Source: Callorhinchus milii
Lineage: Eukaryota
Assembly (NCBI RefSeq): GCF_018977255.1
Contig: NW_024704742.1
Location: forward strand, 24,492,001-24,556,000
Direction: 5' to 3'
DNA: 64,000 bases
In this document: positions 1 to 10,793 of the stretch, piece after piece
How positions within the stretch are numbered: position 1 is the first letter of the stretch
How the letters are laid out: every line of letters starts with the position of its first letter
Notes under the pieces: model-generated
Told to the model about the DNA's origin: nothing
The model's database searches: none
Seen by the model: the letters and a program-made list of their open reading frames with translations, nothing else
Made by a program: the position numbers and the translations under genes

Positions 1-485
1 GGCTGCGTTGGGCTGGCCTGGGCTGCGTTGGGCTGGGCTGGGCTGCGTTGGGCTGGCCTGGGCTGCGTTGGGCTGGCCTGGGCTGCGTTGGGCTGGGCTG
101 GGCTGCGTTGGCTGGGCTGCGTTGAGCGGGCCTGGGCTGCGTTGAGCGCCTGGGCTGCGTTGGGCTGGGCTGGGCTGCGTTGGCCTGGGCTGCGTTGGCC
201 TGGGCTGCGTTGGCCTGGGCTGCGTTGGGCTGGGCTGCGTTGGGCTGGGCTGCGTTGGGCTGGGCTGGGCTGCGCTGGGCTGCGCTGGGCTGGGCTGCGT
301 TGAGCTGGCCTGGGCTGCGTTGAGCTGGCCTGGGCTGTGTTGAGCTGGCCTGGGCTGTGTTGGGCTGGGCTGGGCTGTGTTGAGCTGGGCTGGGCTGCGT
401 TGGGCTGGGCTGCGTTGGCCTGGGCTGTGCTGAGATGTATTGTGCTGAGATGTGCTGAGCTGGGCTATGCTGAGCTGTCCTGAGC
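1..485 (+). repeat. G-rich pentamer tandem repeat (GGGCT/GCGTT/GGCCT/GAGCT), truncated by window start; inferred to lie in the MND1 intron upstream of exon 2124
   Basis: 5-nt periodicity read directly; units degenerate toward about 480. Confidence 0.95.
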
Positions 486-1057
486 AGACTCACTTCTTGC
501 TGGCCTTCATAGTGGCCGGGATATCGACTTTGATTGCTTATTTGCTATCTTCTCACGGGATTCATACCATTATAATGCCCACCCCCCCCCTCCCCCTCCC
601 CCCACCCCGGATTAGTCCGGTTTGCCAGGTCCAAGTATATTGCTCTTTAGAAGCCCAGTGAGCTACGTGCAATATGTAGTTGCATTCCTGGAGCAGTGGA
701 ACCTTTCATGTTTGACTGGTACTATGTAACACAACTGTTTGGAGCTGTTCTGGGCGATAATAATTTGGTCCTACTCCATTGCAATACAGTGCAACAGATT
801 TATTATTCTGTTTCAGACTCAGGTTTATAGATTACAAGAATGGGACTCTGTTTCAAATTTACTGTGGTTTTGATGCAGTGCCAATACACGACACACGTAC
901 AAAATTAGTCTTGAGACTGTCAGCTGACTTGTATGCTATTGAGTGGAACAGTCTTCAGTAATAATACCCTTTCAATAATAGTGATTATTTACAAATAACA
1001 GATGAGTGTGTTATGACACGAATCAAAGTTTCAGAGAGCCTGACACCAAATAACAGG

Positions 1058-1790
1058 TGTCAGCCTGGCTCACTTGGTGGCACTCTCACCTCTGAGTCAG
1101 AAGATTGTGAGTTCAAGCCCCACGTCAAGACTTTGAACTGTGATGCAGTGATGGGAGAGCACTGCAATATTGGAGGTACTGTCCTTCAGCTGAGATGTAA
1201 ATCTGCCTGTTCAGCTGGATGATAAATATCCCATAGCACTATTTGAAAACAGAAAGGAGCTTCTCCTGATATCCTGATTGGAGTCCTGTAGCTCAGTGGT
1301 TAGAGCACTCGCTTTGCAAGCAAGACACCTGGGTTCAATTCCAGGCAGAGGGCGAAACCTTGGGCAAGTTTCCTTACTCCACACAGAGCCTAATAATAAT
1401 CCCTCCAAAAACCCAAAACAATAATAAATTGGTCATTTTCAATCTACGACTGTTTGTGGGACATTGCTGTGCGCAATTGGCTGCCGCGTTCGCCCACAAA
1501 TATACAGTCAATTCTCTTTACAGTATATTCTGTGAAGCGCTTTGGGACGTCCTCCCGAACTGAAAAGCGCTATATCAAATGCAAGGATTATTATTATTAT
1601 TATTATTATTATCCTGTCCAACAATCCTTCTAGATAAGATTGGGCATTCGCTTCATGGTTGTTTGTGGGACATTGATGTGTGGAAATTGATTGCTGCATT
1701 CCCCCACAAGATACAGTCACTACACTTCAAAGTAATTTCTGTGAAGCAAAGTGAGAAGGTGGTATTTCAACTGGAAGAATTGTCTTATTA
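1058..1790 (+). mobile_element. Old tRNA-headed Deu-domain SINE (SacSINE1-like), split by a younger SINE at 1280-1610
   Basis: Head ggctcacttggtggcactctcacctctgagtcagaag...gttcaagccc; body resumes at 1611 with Deu-like gtgggacattgatgtgtggaaattgattgctgc. Confidence 0.75.
1280..1610 (+). mobile_element. Young tRNA-derived Deu-domain SINE, short variant, (TTA)n tail
   Basis: A box tagctcagtgg, B box ggttcaattcc, Deu core gtgggacattgctgtgcgcaattggctgccgcgtt, L2-type 3' stem-loop; near-identical to 40072-40410 and 56741-57059. Confidence 0.92.
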
Positions 1791-2123
1791 TGAACCATTT
1801 TATTAATTGTGGATGAGCTTTTTCCCCACCACTAACTGAACATGAGCTTCCCACAATATCTTTACAACAAATTGCATTTACTTAGCACTTTTCACGTCGG
1901 GATTCGTTAAGTATTGGCTTGGAATACAGTGTGCATGGATCCTATTGTTGGGAATTTTTTCAAGTTGTATGAAGACATCTGCTCGGTTTCTGCCTGAGCT
2001 GTTATGCATAATCAATAATCAGGTTCCCAGTCATCCAGGCAGGATTGTAGGCTTGGAAGACTGCAAACCTGTGAGGAATATGGGAACATGAGAGTTGACA
2101 CTAAAACTGGTCTCTTTTCTCAG

Positions 2124-2181
2124 AAAGATGTCTTTCAGCTTAAAGACTTGGAGAAGATTGCCCCAAAGGAGAAAGGAATTA
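2124..2181 (+). CDS. MND1: MND1 coding exon (KDVFQLKDLEKIAPKEKGI), equivalent to human exon 3
   Basis: cttttctcag acceptor, gtaagt donor, 58 bp; peptide matches recalled vertebrate MND1 winged-helix region. Confidence 0.96.
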
Positions 2182-2959
2182 GTAAGTAGCAATTTTCTTG
2201 TTAGTGTTTTCTACTCTCTTGTGCACTGGAATACTATTTGGTAATTAGCTTACTTTCTGGATGTTTGTTTTTCACCATTAATGGGTACTCTTGATTATTT
2301 TTCAGTGTCACAAATAAAGATCAGGGCACAGGGAGATGTAGGGGGTTGCATGCTGTGCTTTCATAACTTGAGTTGGGTATGAATCCAACCCAACCTGATT
2401 GCATCAAACATGGACCAGTTTTCTACAGCCAGAACCGTTTAGCTTTGATACTGGCAAATGAGATCAAAGTGGAAATTTTAATTCTGTTGGAAGGGTTGGA
2501 AACCCAAGGTCACATTTATCAAGGGATTCAGCATCATAGTCACCCAATGAATTTAAAACATATGTTCCACATATCAATACCGAGTATTGTATTGCACACG
2601 CACACTTTGCCATCTGTTTAGGTTCTCTTGGCATCCAGCAATACCACCATTGTTTAGGGAAAAGAGAAGAGATGTGTGGAGTTAGTCATCAGCAACTGAT
2701 TATTGACATAGTAAACTATAAACAGTTGTGTAAACCTCATTTTAAATAAAACCATTCAGCACTTTTTGTTCTTTGTTACTGCCACTATTCATTGATTCAG
2801 TACCTGGTGAAACAACCGCAGAGCACATTTCTATAAATGAGTGTTCTAGCCGCAAGTCACCAAGTGCCATTTATGAAAGAGATGCAGTAGTTTATTAAAG
2901 ATTACTTGTGCAATGTAAGCTTTCACATGCAATCAAGTCGCAAATCACACTTATATGGG

Positions 2960-3452
2960 CTGTTTGTTCAGAACTTTGCCGCCCGTATAATTACCCCAAT
3001 CAAACTCTGTACCCACATCTCACCAGTTCTGGCCAGGCTCCACTGGCTCCCCATCACTGAACGGATCGAATTCAAGTTGCTCATGTTCAAATACCTTCAC
3101 TCTTTGGCACCTCCCTATCTCTCCGACCTCCTAACTCCCCAGTCCACCTACCAGCACCTCTGCTCGACTGGCACCGGCCTCCTGCTCCCTCCCACCCTCC
3201 ACACCACCATTGGAGGTCACGCTTTCACCCACTATGCCCCGAAACTCTGGAACACTTTCCCTCAATTCCACTGCCTTGCCCCCTCTGTTCCCTTTTTCAA
3301 GTCCCGCCTGATAACCTTCCACTTCAACCGTGCTTATGGCTATCTCCCCCGCGCCCCCCACCCCCCAGCTCGGGGTCAGGCTCCACCACAGTTAAGCGCT
3401 CTGAGATGCTACCCTGCATGGAGGGTGCTATATAAGTGCAGGTTGTTGCTGT
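2960..3452 (+). mobile_element. Decayed L2 LINE 3' fragment
   Basis: ORF-track peptide [22 protein letters not shown]...APKLWN; L2 stem-loop tail ending gttgttg. Confidence 0.88.
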
Positions 3453-3989
3453 TTAACATCTGGATAGAAGGATGACACCTCCAGCGATATAGTGCTCTCC
3501 CAGTCCTGCCTTACATTGTGTATTGTTAATGTTATGTAATTCAGTTAGGCTATTAACGTTGCAACAACAACTTGCATTTGTACAGTGCCTTTCAAGTAGG
3601 GAAATTTCTCAGCACTGTGCAGTACAGTAGCAGGGTTGGAGAGTGGAAGGTGACTATAGGTGCATTGAAAAAGGTGGGTTTTCAGACGAGATTTAAAGAT
3701 AAAGAGAGGGTGACGTTAGTACAGTTGGGGAGTGTATATGGAAATATTACTGTTGGCAAATTTCAAAAGTTTCTATAAATGTACTTGATAATGGATCTGT
3801 CTTGTGCCGTTATTGACAGTGTCAAATTGGAGGTGAATGGTATCTCTTTCAGCATTATAAGAGAGGAGAGTTCAATGTACACTTTGAGTTTGGGCACAAC
3901 TTATGCTAACGAAGGAATATTCCCAAAGTTAAAAAACATTGACTATAGAATCCTGGCACAAATTTACTGCAATCTTTTTAATGTGGTAT

Positions 3990-4316
3990 AGCTTGTGTGT
4001 CAATTTGCTTACCTCCACAATCTGTTGCCTTCGCTTGACTGGCTCCGGCTTTCTGCATGCCCCTTGTGCCCTCCGTTCCACCATTGGTAGCAGGGTTTTC
4101 TGCCACTCTGCCCCGAAACTCTGGAAAACTCTTCTTCTATCCCTCCACCTTGCCCCTTCCGTCCCCATCTTCAGGTCGCACCTGAAGACCTTTCTCTTCA
4201 ACTGGTCACGTCCCCCTCACCCCCCACCCCCTGGCTCGGTGTCGTGCTCTGCCACTGTCAAGTACTTTGGGACACTACCCTGCGTGAGGGGCGCTATATA
4301 AATGCAAGTTGTTGTT
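3990..4316 (+). mobile_element. Decayed L2 LINE 3' fragment
   Basis: GSRVFCHSAPKLWKTL...FRSHLKTFLF; tail gcgctatataaatgcaagttgttgtt. Confidence 0.85.
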
Positions 4317-4816
4317 ATACTGGAGGAGTGCTACACTGTCGGGCATTGTCATTTGGGTAAGATATTAAGCCAACGTCCCATCTGCTTGTCCTTAGGTTAA
4401 AGATCCCGTTTCACTATTTTAAAAAGAGAAAGAAGTTTCTCCCAGTTTCCTGGCCTCCAATTCTCCGCATGGTTCTTTGTGCAACCTTGCTATGCCACAT
4501 TTGCCTGCAAAAATAGTCATTACACCTAATAGGGATTACTTGTGAAACAGTTTAAGACATTTTGACATCATAAGGTGCACATCCCTTATAGCACCTTATC
4601 ATGTCAAAAATTCTTTACATCTGACAATTAACATCAGCTGCTGAGGTGACTAAGTGATATATTTGGCATTTCTGGTTGATTAGGGTTTAGATGGGTCACC
4701 AAAAATCTAGTCACAGCTAAATCCTCTCATTTTGTTTTCAGTCCATTGTGATACATTTTTAGCAGGATTACTCTGTGAAGCCGGTGTAAACTCATGATGT
4801 TCTTTTACCATTTCAG

Positions 4817-4965
4817 CTTCCATGTCTGTGAAAGAAGTTCTGCAGAGCCTGGTAGATGATGGGATGGTAGACAGTGAACGAATTGGGACTTCAAATTATT
4901 TCTGGGCATTTCCAAGTAAAGCGCTGCATACCAGGAAACGTAAACTGGAGCAATTGGAGACTCAG
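4817..4965 (+). CDS. MND1: MND1 coding exon ([50 protein letters not shown])
   Basis: ccatttcag acceptor, gtaaag donor, 149 bp, phase continues from 2181; hallmark [12 protein letters not shown] motif. Confidence 0.98.
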
Positions 4966-6128
4966 GTAAAGGTTGAAGTAGCAGCATGGAATTAGAATGG
5001 AGCCAAAGGTTTATATTTAAATGACTTTTTGTCACTGTTGAATTTCTAAAGAATAATGAAGTTTGGGGAAAAGGAATAATCAGGATTGGCAAAGTCATTT
5101 CATGAAAGCCGGTTTGAACGTTTACGCTTTCACTCGGTTGCTGTTGAATAGAATGTAATTGTGCTCCAATGCATGTAGCAAGTTAGCGCCAATGTACACA
5201 GAGTAATTCAACTGTATGCCTATAAAAGGAACAAATGAACTTGTGTACAAGGTTGACTACATCTCTTGTGAATGGATAGTAGACTGGAGGGGTATTGTTT
5301 TCTTAACAAATACCAGTAACCCGAAACAGTGAATACCTTGAATATTGCCAATGGAAAATTAAGTATACAACTGATGTGACACTGACTGAAACCCAGCAAT
5401 GTTGGGATCCGCCTTATACCGATCAATTACAATTGTAAACATTTTTCTTCATCTTTGCAATATAATGTCCTGTTATGATATTGTGCAAAGGTTGCTTTTT
5501 TAGTGATCATTGTGGAATGAACTTCATTTAAGTAGCAATTGACAGCACTTATTCAATAGCAGCAGTGGTATTCCTATAGGACTATAGAAACAGTTTTACA
5601 ATTTTCAAGTCAATAATCAGCAAACCTTGATAACCTGGGTGTCTAAAAATAGTTAAATTCAAATTATTTCTGGGCATTTCCAAGTAAAGGAAATCAATTT
5701 ATTAAGGAAGAAAAATGTAGGGAAGTGTTTTGTGTTCAGGTGCTACCAACAGTACTAGAAGCGAACCTTAGTACTATGAATACCCATACTGAGAAATCCT
5801 CCTTTGCAAAGTGATGTAGGTGGAGCTTCCTCCAGATAGAGAGCATGCAGTGTAGTGTGTAGTGTGTAAAAGAGCATTTCAAAGGACTGACTTCAGTATG
5901 GGGAAGCACTCGGTGAGTTCTGGAGTGATTCTGATCCTGAGCTTCCCAAAGCAGGAACAGAGCAGTACTGGCTACTTATTGTTACTATCCCTTCACAGGG
6001 TTGGGAGAATGTGGCCAGGCTGAAGCACCTATCTCAGTTAAATTAGGTTAGACTTCAAATGTCTGGCATCCCTTTAGATTTTCTTCTATTTGAGCAAACA
6101 GCTTCTTCATTTGGAAAGCTGTCATAGA

Positions 6129-6557
6129 CTGCCACCTAGTAGGTAAATAGCAATGCGGTTGAAATATTCAGAGAACTACATTATTCTTGATTTGTGTATA
6201 GAGTAACACTCACATAAGTCTTATCTTCATTAAATCGTATGTCGACCAAGTCGTACATTCACCCTAGTTTCAAATCAGTTTCCTATCAAAACCATTTAGA
6301 TTTTTTTGCACTACTCGTATTAATCATCTCCTAATTCGTAACGCTGCTCCCCTTACCCTCCATTACTCCCGCATTTACCGGCTGCATTCAGTCACAGTAA
6401 ATGATGTCCTGACCCATGCGCATTTGGCTGCAATCATCATCAGCATCACCAGTGGAGGTGAACTTGGGCTTGAAAACCTTATGTTTTAAAAATTTATAGG
6501 CAGCTGTGTCTAAGAAAGTGTACCTGTCGTGTAATGTTTTCTACCACTAGGTGTCAC
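6129..6557. promoter_or_regulatory. Candidate divergent CTCF motif pair flanking a CpG-retaining intronic segment
   Basis: ctgccacctagtagg at 6129-6143 (minus strand CCTACTAGGTGGCAG) and accactaggtgtcac at 6543-6557. Confidence 0.4.
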
Positions 6558-7535
6558 ACGGTCACAAGTCTACTGCTGAACCATCAATGTGCAGTGAATG
6601 TTTGCTCGGTGTGGATGGCTACCGTGAAAATACAGTGTTGTGTTTTAACGCTGTGAGCAGTAAAATGTTGATTGTTAATTCCCATTAGCTGCCACATGAG
6701 ATGGGATGTGTTTAACATGCAAATATGTATTACTAGCATGAGGGTGCTTATTTTAAGGGAAATGATTGATATTTTTTATTGTGCAACATTTGATTCATAA
6801 GGATTTTCTCAAGCTTGGTGTATTCATTTTACTGAATAAGAAAAAGCCATCAAAACAATGACTAAGAGCTTAAACAGCAGTGCTCACTCTTCATGTGTTA
6901 TTAATGGATGCAAGCCTATGAATGCATCATCTTCAGTCCCTACCTCTCTGTGTTCCTGAGTGGTAGAAACACAGATTTGCCCACAGGGTCAATTCTATGC
7001 CTAAAGTAGTCTGTCTGGTGGAGCAGAGACGTTCCCCAGAGAGAAAACCAGAAGTTGGATGAGTAGGCACAACCTTTAATGTCCTGTCTCAGAATGAAAG
7101 ACTGGCAAATGCCTGGAAAGATGGTGCCATGTTCATCATAAAATAATACTTGAGATCTAACTCTGACCCCGCCCTACCTCCCTTGTCTCCCACCCCCAGC
7201 TTGGGTGCCCAGCCGTCAGTGTCAAGTACTTTGAGACGTTCTTCCGACGTGAAAAGGGTGCTTTGTAAATGTTGTGTTCCTGGAAGGGAAACACAAAAAT
7301 ATTGCTCACGCAGCCCGTGGACGTTTCTCAAATCTGACATCTGGCCCTCAACTGCCAAAAGGTTGGACCACCCTGACCTTTGATATACAGGGCAACCCTT
7401 TTATAATGAAATGTCTTGGATCCAAAAAATGAGTCTTAGCTCCGTGAGAAAAGATGGCTGCTGGTTTTGATTCTGTATTGTCGGGTTTCTGTTGTGGCGC
7501 ATCTTGTGCACGCATCGTGAGACATAAATGACAAA

Positions 7536-7965
7536 TGTCAGCCTTGCTCAGTTGATAGCACTCTCATCTCTCAATCAGAAGATTGTGAGTCCAAGAACCA
7601 GATTAGGACTTTGAGCTCATAGTCTGGGCTGACATTCCACTTCAGTCCTGGGTGAACCCTGCATTGTCAGTGTTGCTGGCAGACCTTTGGGTGAGATGCT
7701 AAACAAAGGTCCTATCTGTCTGTTCAGATAGATGTTAAAGATCTCATGGAACTATATAAAAAGAGAAGAGTTTCTCCCGTTTCTTGGCCAACTATTCCCA
7801 GTTTTAGAAAAATTGGTTATTCACTTAAAAGTATTTGTGGGACATTGCTGTGCGCAAATTGGCTGTAGCGTTCGCCTACAAATATTCAGTTACCACATTT
7901 TACAGAAAACTTTGAAGTGTTTTGAGACATTTGGATGTGATAAGGTTCTATTAGGTGCTTAAATG
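7536..7965 (+). mobile_element. Old full-length Deu-domain SINE (SacSINE1-like)
   Basis: tRNA-like head gccttgctcagttgatagcactctcatctctcaatcagaag; Deu core gtgggacattgctgtgcgcaaattggctg. Confidence 0.8.
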
Positions 7966-8420
7966 CATGGATTTTTGTTTTATATCAGAAACGTAATGAT
8001 CTGGAAAATGGCTATTGTTTAGCATGGGAAAGTGAAGTATGTCATGCTTCTGGTATAACGCAAATCGCACATTAGACTTGTGCTTTAAGTAAACCCACCC
8101 TCAAATGTGTTCTAACAGGACCACTCTTAAATGACTTTTAAGACTCTTGCTTTACTGGTTATGAATGAAGTAACTAACAGATGCTGTATTCATTATTGAA
8201 AAACATAGATTGAAATCTATTGATAGCAGTTCTCAACACACTCGTTAGTGAAAATATTAAGACCATAAGTGGAACAAACTAAATTGGGATTTGCTAATTA
8301 GTCCTCCTTTTTTGTTTGTTGGAATTATTCATTTCCAGTAACTCGATTCAGATCAAACTGTCTGAAACATTGAATCAACAAGTAATTCCGCCATCTAGAT
8401 AATTTATAATATAATCCTCG

Positions 8421-10440
8421 CGGATAATCCTGGAGGCGAAGAACAACCCCAGGCTACTGTTTTCCACCACATCCCGACTCCTCCGTCCCCCCCGCCACCC
8501 CGCGCAGGTCATCTCCTCCAACCTTCACTGCGAGGAGATGCTGGATTTCCTTGAATCCAAGATCAAGGGAATCCGCTCCGCGGTCACTTCCCCTCCAACT
8601 TCCACCCACCACCCACCCCTTCCCTCCCACACTCCGACTCCTACCCATCCTCCCCTACACACCTTCGTACCCGTTTCCCCACCCTCTGTCACTGAACTCA
8701 TCCTATCCCTAAAACCAACCACCTGCTCCCTTGACCCCATCCCCACTCCACTCCTTATCTCCCAGCTCCATTTTCTTGCCCCACACATCACTGACATCAT
8801 AAACCTGTCCCTCTCCTCTGGCTCTGTCCCCATTCCATTAAAAACTGCCATCATCACGCCCACCCTGAAAAAACCCTCCCTTGATGCGTCGCAGCTATCA
8901 AGCTACCGGCCCATCTCCAACCTCCCCTTTCTCTCCAAGGTCTTGGAAAGAGTTGTCGCCTCCCAACTGCGCTCTTTCCTCTCCACCCATTCTCTTTTTG
9001 AACCCCTTCAGTCAGGTTTCCGTGCTGCTCATAGCACAGAAACTGCCCTGGTCAAGGTCACCAATGATATCCTGACTATCTGTGACCAGGGCTCCCTCTG
9101 TCTCCTCGTCCTCCTCGACCTATCGGCAGCATTCGATACGGTCGACCACGCTATCCTACTCCACCGCTTGTCCTCCCACCTCAACCTTCAAGGCACTGTC
9201 CTTGAATGGTTTAGCTCTTACCTTTCCCACCGTCTTCACTTCGTCTCAACGAATGGCTTCTCCTCCACCCCCCGTACTGTCTCATGTGGTGTCCCTCAGG
9301 GCTCTGTCCTCGGTCCCCTCCTCTTCACCCTCTATATGCTCCCCCTCGGTGACATCATCCGCAAACATGGGGTTAACTTCCACATGTATGCGGATGACAC
9401 CCAACTCTACCTTTCCTCCTCTACTCTCAACTCCACGACCACCGATGTCCTGACAGCCTGCCTGTCCGACATCGAGTCCTGGACGAGAGACAACTTTCTT
9501 CAGCTCAACGTGCGAAAAACCGAGGCCCTCCTGATTGGCTCACGTCAGCGCCTCCGCACCTCAGGCGCTGACACCATCAGCATCCAAGGCTGCACTCTCC
9601 ACCTCTCAAAGCCAGTCAGGAACCTCGGCGTTTTGTTCGACCCTGAGCTGTCCTTTCTCCCTCACATCCGCACCACAACTGGCACCGCCTTCCATCACCT
9701 CCGGAATATCGCCAGATTACGGCACTACCTCACCCCTCACGCTGCTGAAACCCTGGTTCACGCCTTTGTCACCTCAAGGCTGGACTATGGGAACTCTCTC
9801 CTCGCCGGCCTTCCCGCCACCTCCCTCCACAAGCTGCAGGTCATTCAGAACTCTGCAGCTCGTGTACTGTCCCGCACCAGGCTTCGGGACCACATCACTC
9901 CTACCCTCGCTCGCCTCCACTGGCTCCCCATCCCCCAGAGGATTGATTTCAAGATCCTCATCCTCACCTACAAGGCCATTCACGGCCTTGCTCCCTCCTA
10001 CCTCTCCAACCTACTATCCCCCTACCTACCTGCCCGTACCCTCCGTTCCTCTGGCTCCGGTCTGCTCCACGTCCCCCGCCCCAACCGCCCTACTATCGGT
10101 GGTCGGGCCTTCAGCCTCTCAGCCCCGAGGCTCTGGAACTCCATCCCCCAGTGCCTTCGCCTTGCTTCCTCCCTTTCCTCCTTCAAGGCCGGTCTCAAAA
10201 CCTTTCTCTTTGACCCGATGCCTTCAGCTCCCCTCTCGACTCTCTTCCTCCTCCTCGCTCCCTCCCTTCCCTCCCCTCACCCTGACCATTTCCCCCTCCT
10301 CTCTCCCTCCCTTCCCTCCCCTCACCCTGACCATTTCCCCCCTGCTCGGGTCATGACCCAACTGTGCAGCGCCTTGGGACGTCCTCCTGACGTGAAAGGC
10401 GCTCTATAAATGGAATCTTGTTGTTGTTGTTGTTGTTGTT
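8421..10440 (+). mobile_element. Young 5'-truncated L2 LINE with uninterrupted ORF2 RT domain
   Basis: Open frame from 8421 through [51 protein letters not shown]; no endonuclease domain; 3' stem-loop and (TTG)n tail. Confidence 0.97.
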
Positions 10441-10793
10441 TGATTTAGCACTTTATCACGTCTTCGAGACATCTCAAAGCGCTTCAGAATATACTGTAAA
10501 GTGAATTGACTATATTTTGTGGGCGAAACGTGGCAGCCAATTGCTCACAGCAGTGTTCCACAAACGGTCATGGTTTGAATGACCAATTTTTAGAATATAT
10601 TTATTTAGAAGGGATTATTACCCCCAGAAAAGTGATCTGCCAATCGACTGATAACCAGGTTCCTACTTACTGCTAAATAAACAGAGGCGTGTGGTGTATG
10701 GAAATTTGCCCAATATTTTGCCCCACCCAGGACACAAACCCAGACCCCCTCTCCTGCGAGGCGAGGGCTCTAATCACTAAGCTACAGGACTCC
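10441..10793 (-). mobile_element. Deu-domain SINE, long variant; its extreme 3' tail (about 8401-8421) is separated from it by the L2 insertion
   Basis: Head reads ggagtcctgtagc on minus strand from 10793; ataatcctcgc at 8411-8421 continues as tgatttagcactttatcacgtc at 10441. Confidence 0.88.

Noticed and set aside
28..303. 91-aa WAGLR-repeat ORF
   Set aside because: Translation of the pentamer repeat; non-ATG start
8538..10409. 623-aa RT ORF as a domesticated gene
   Set aside because: 5'-truncated L2 with its own tail, nested in a SINE, with near-identical siblings; youth explains the open frame
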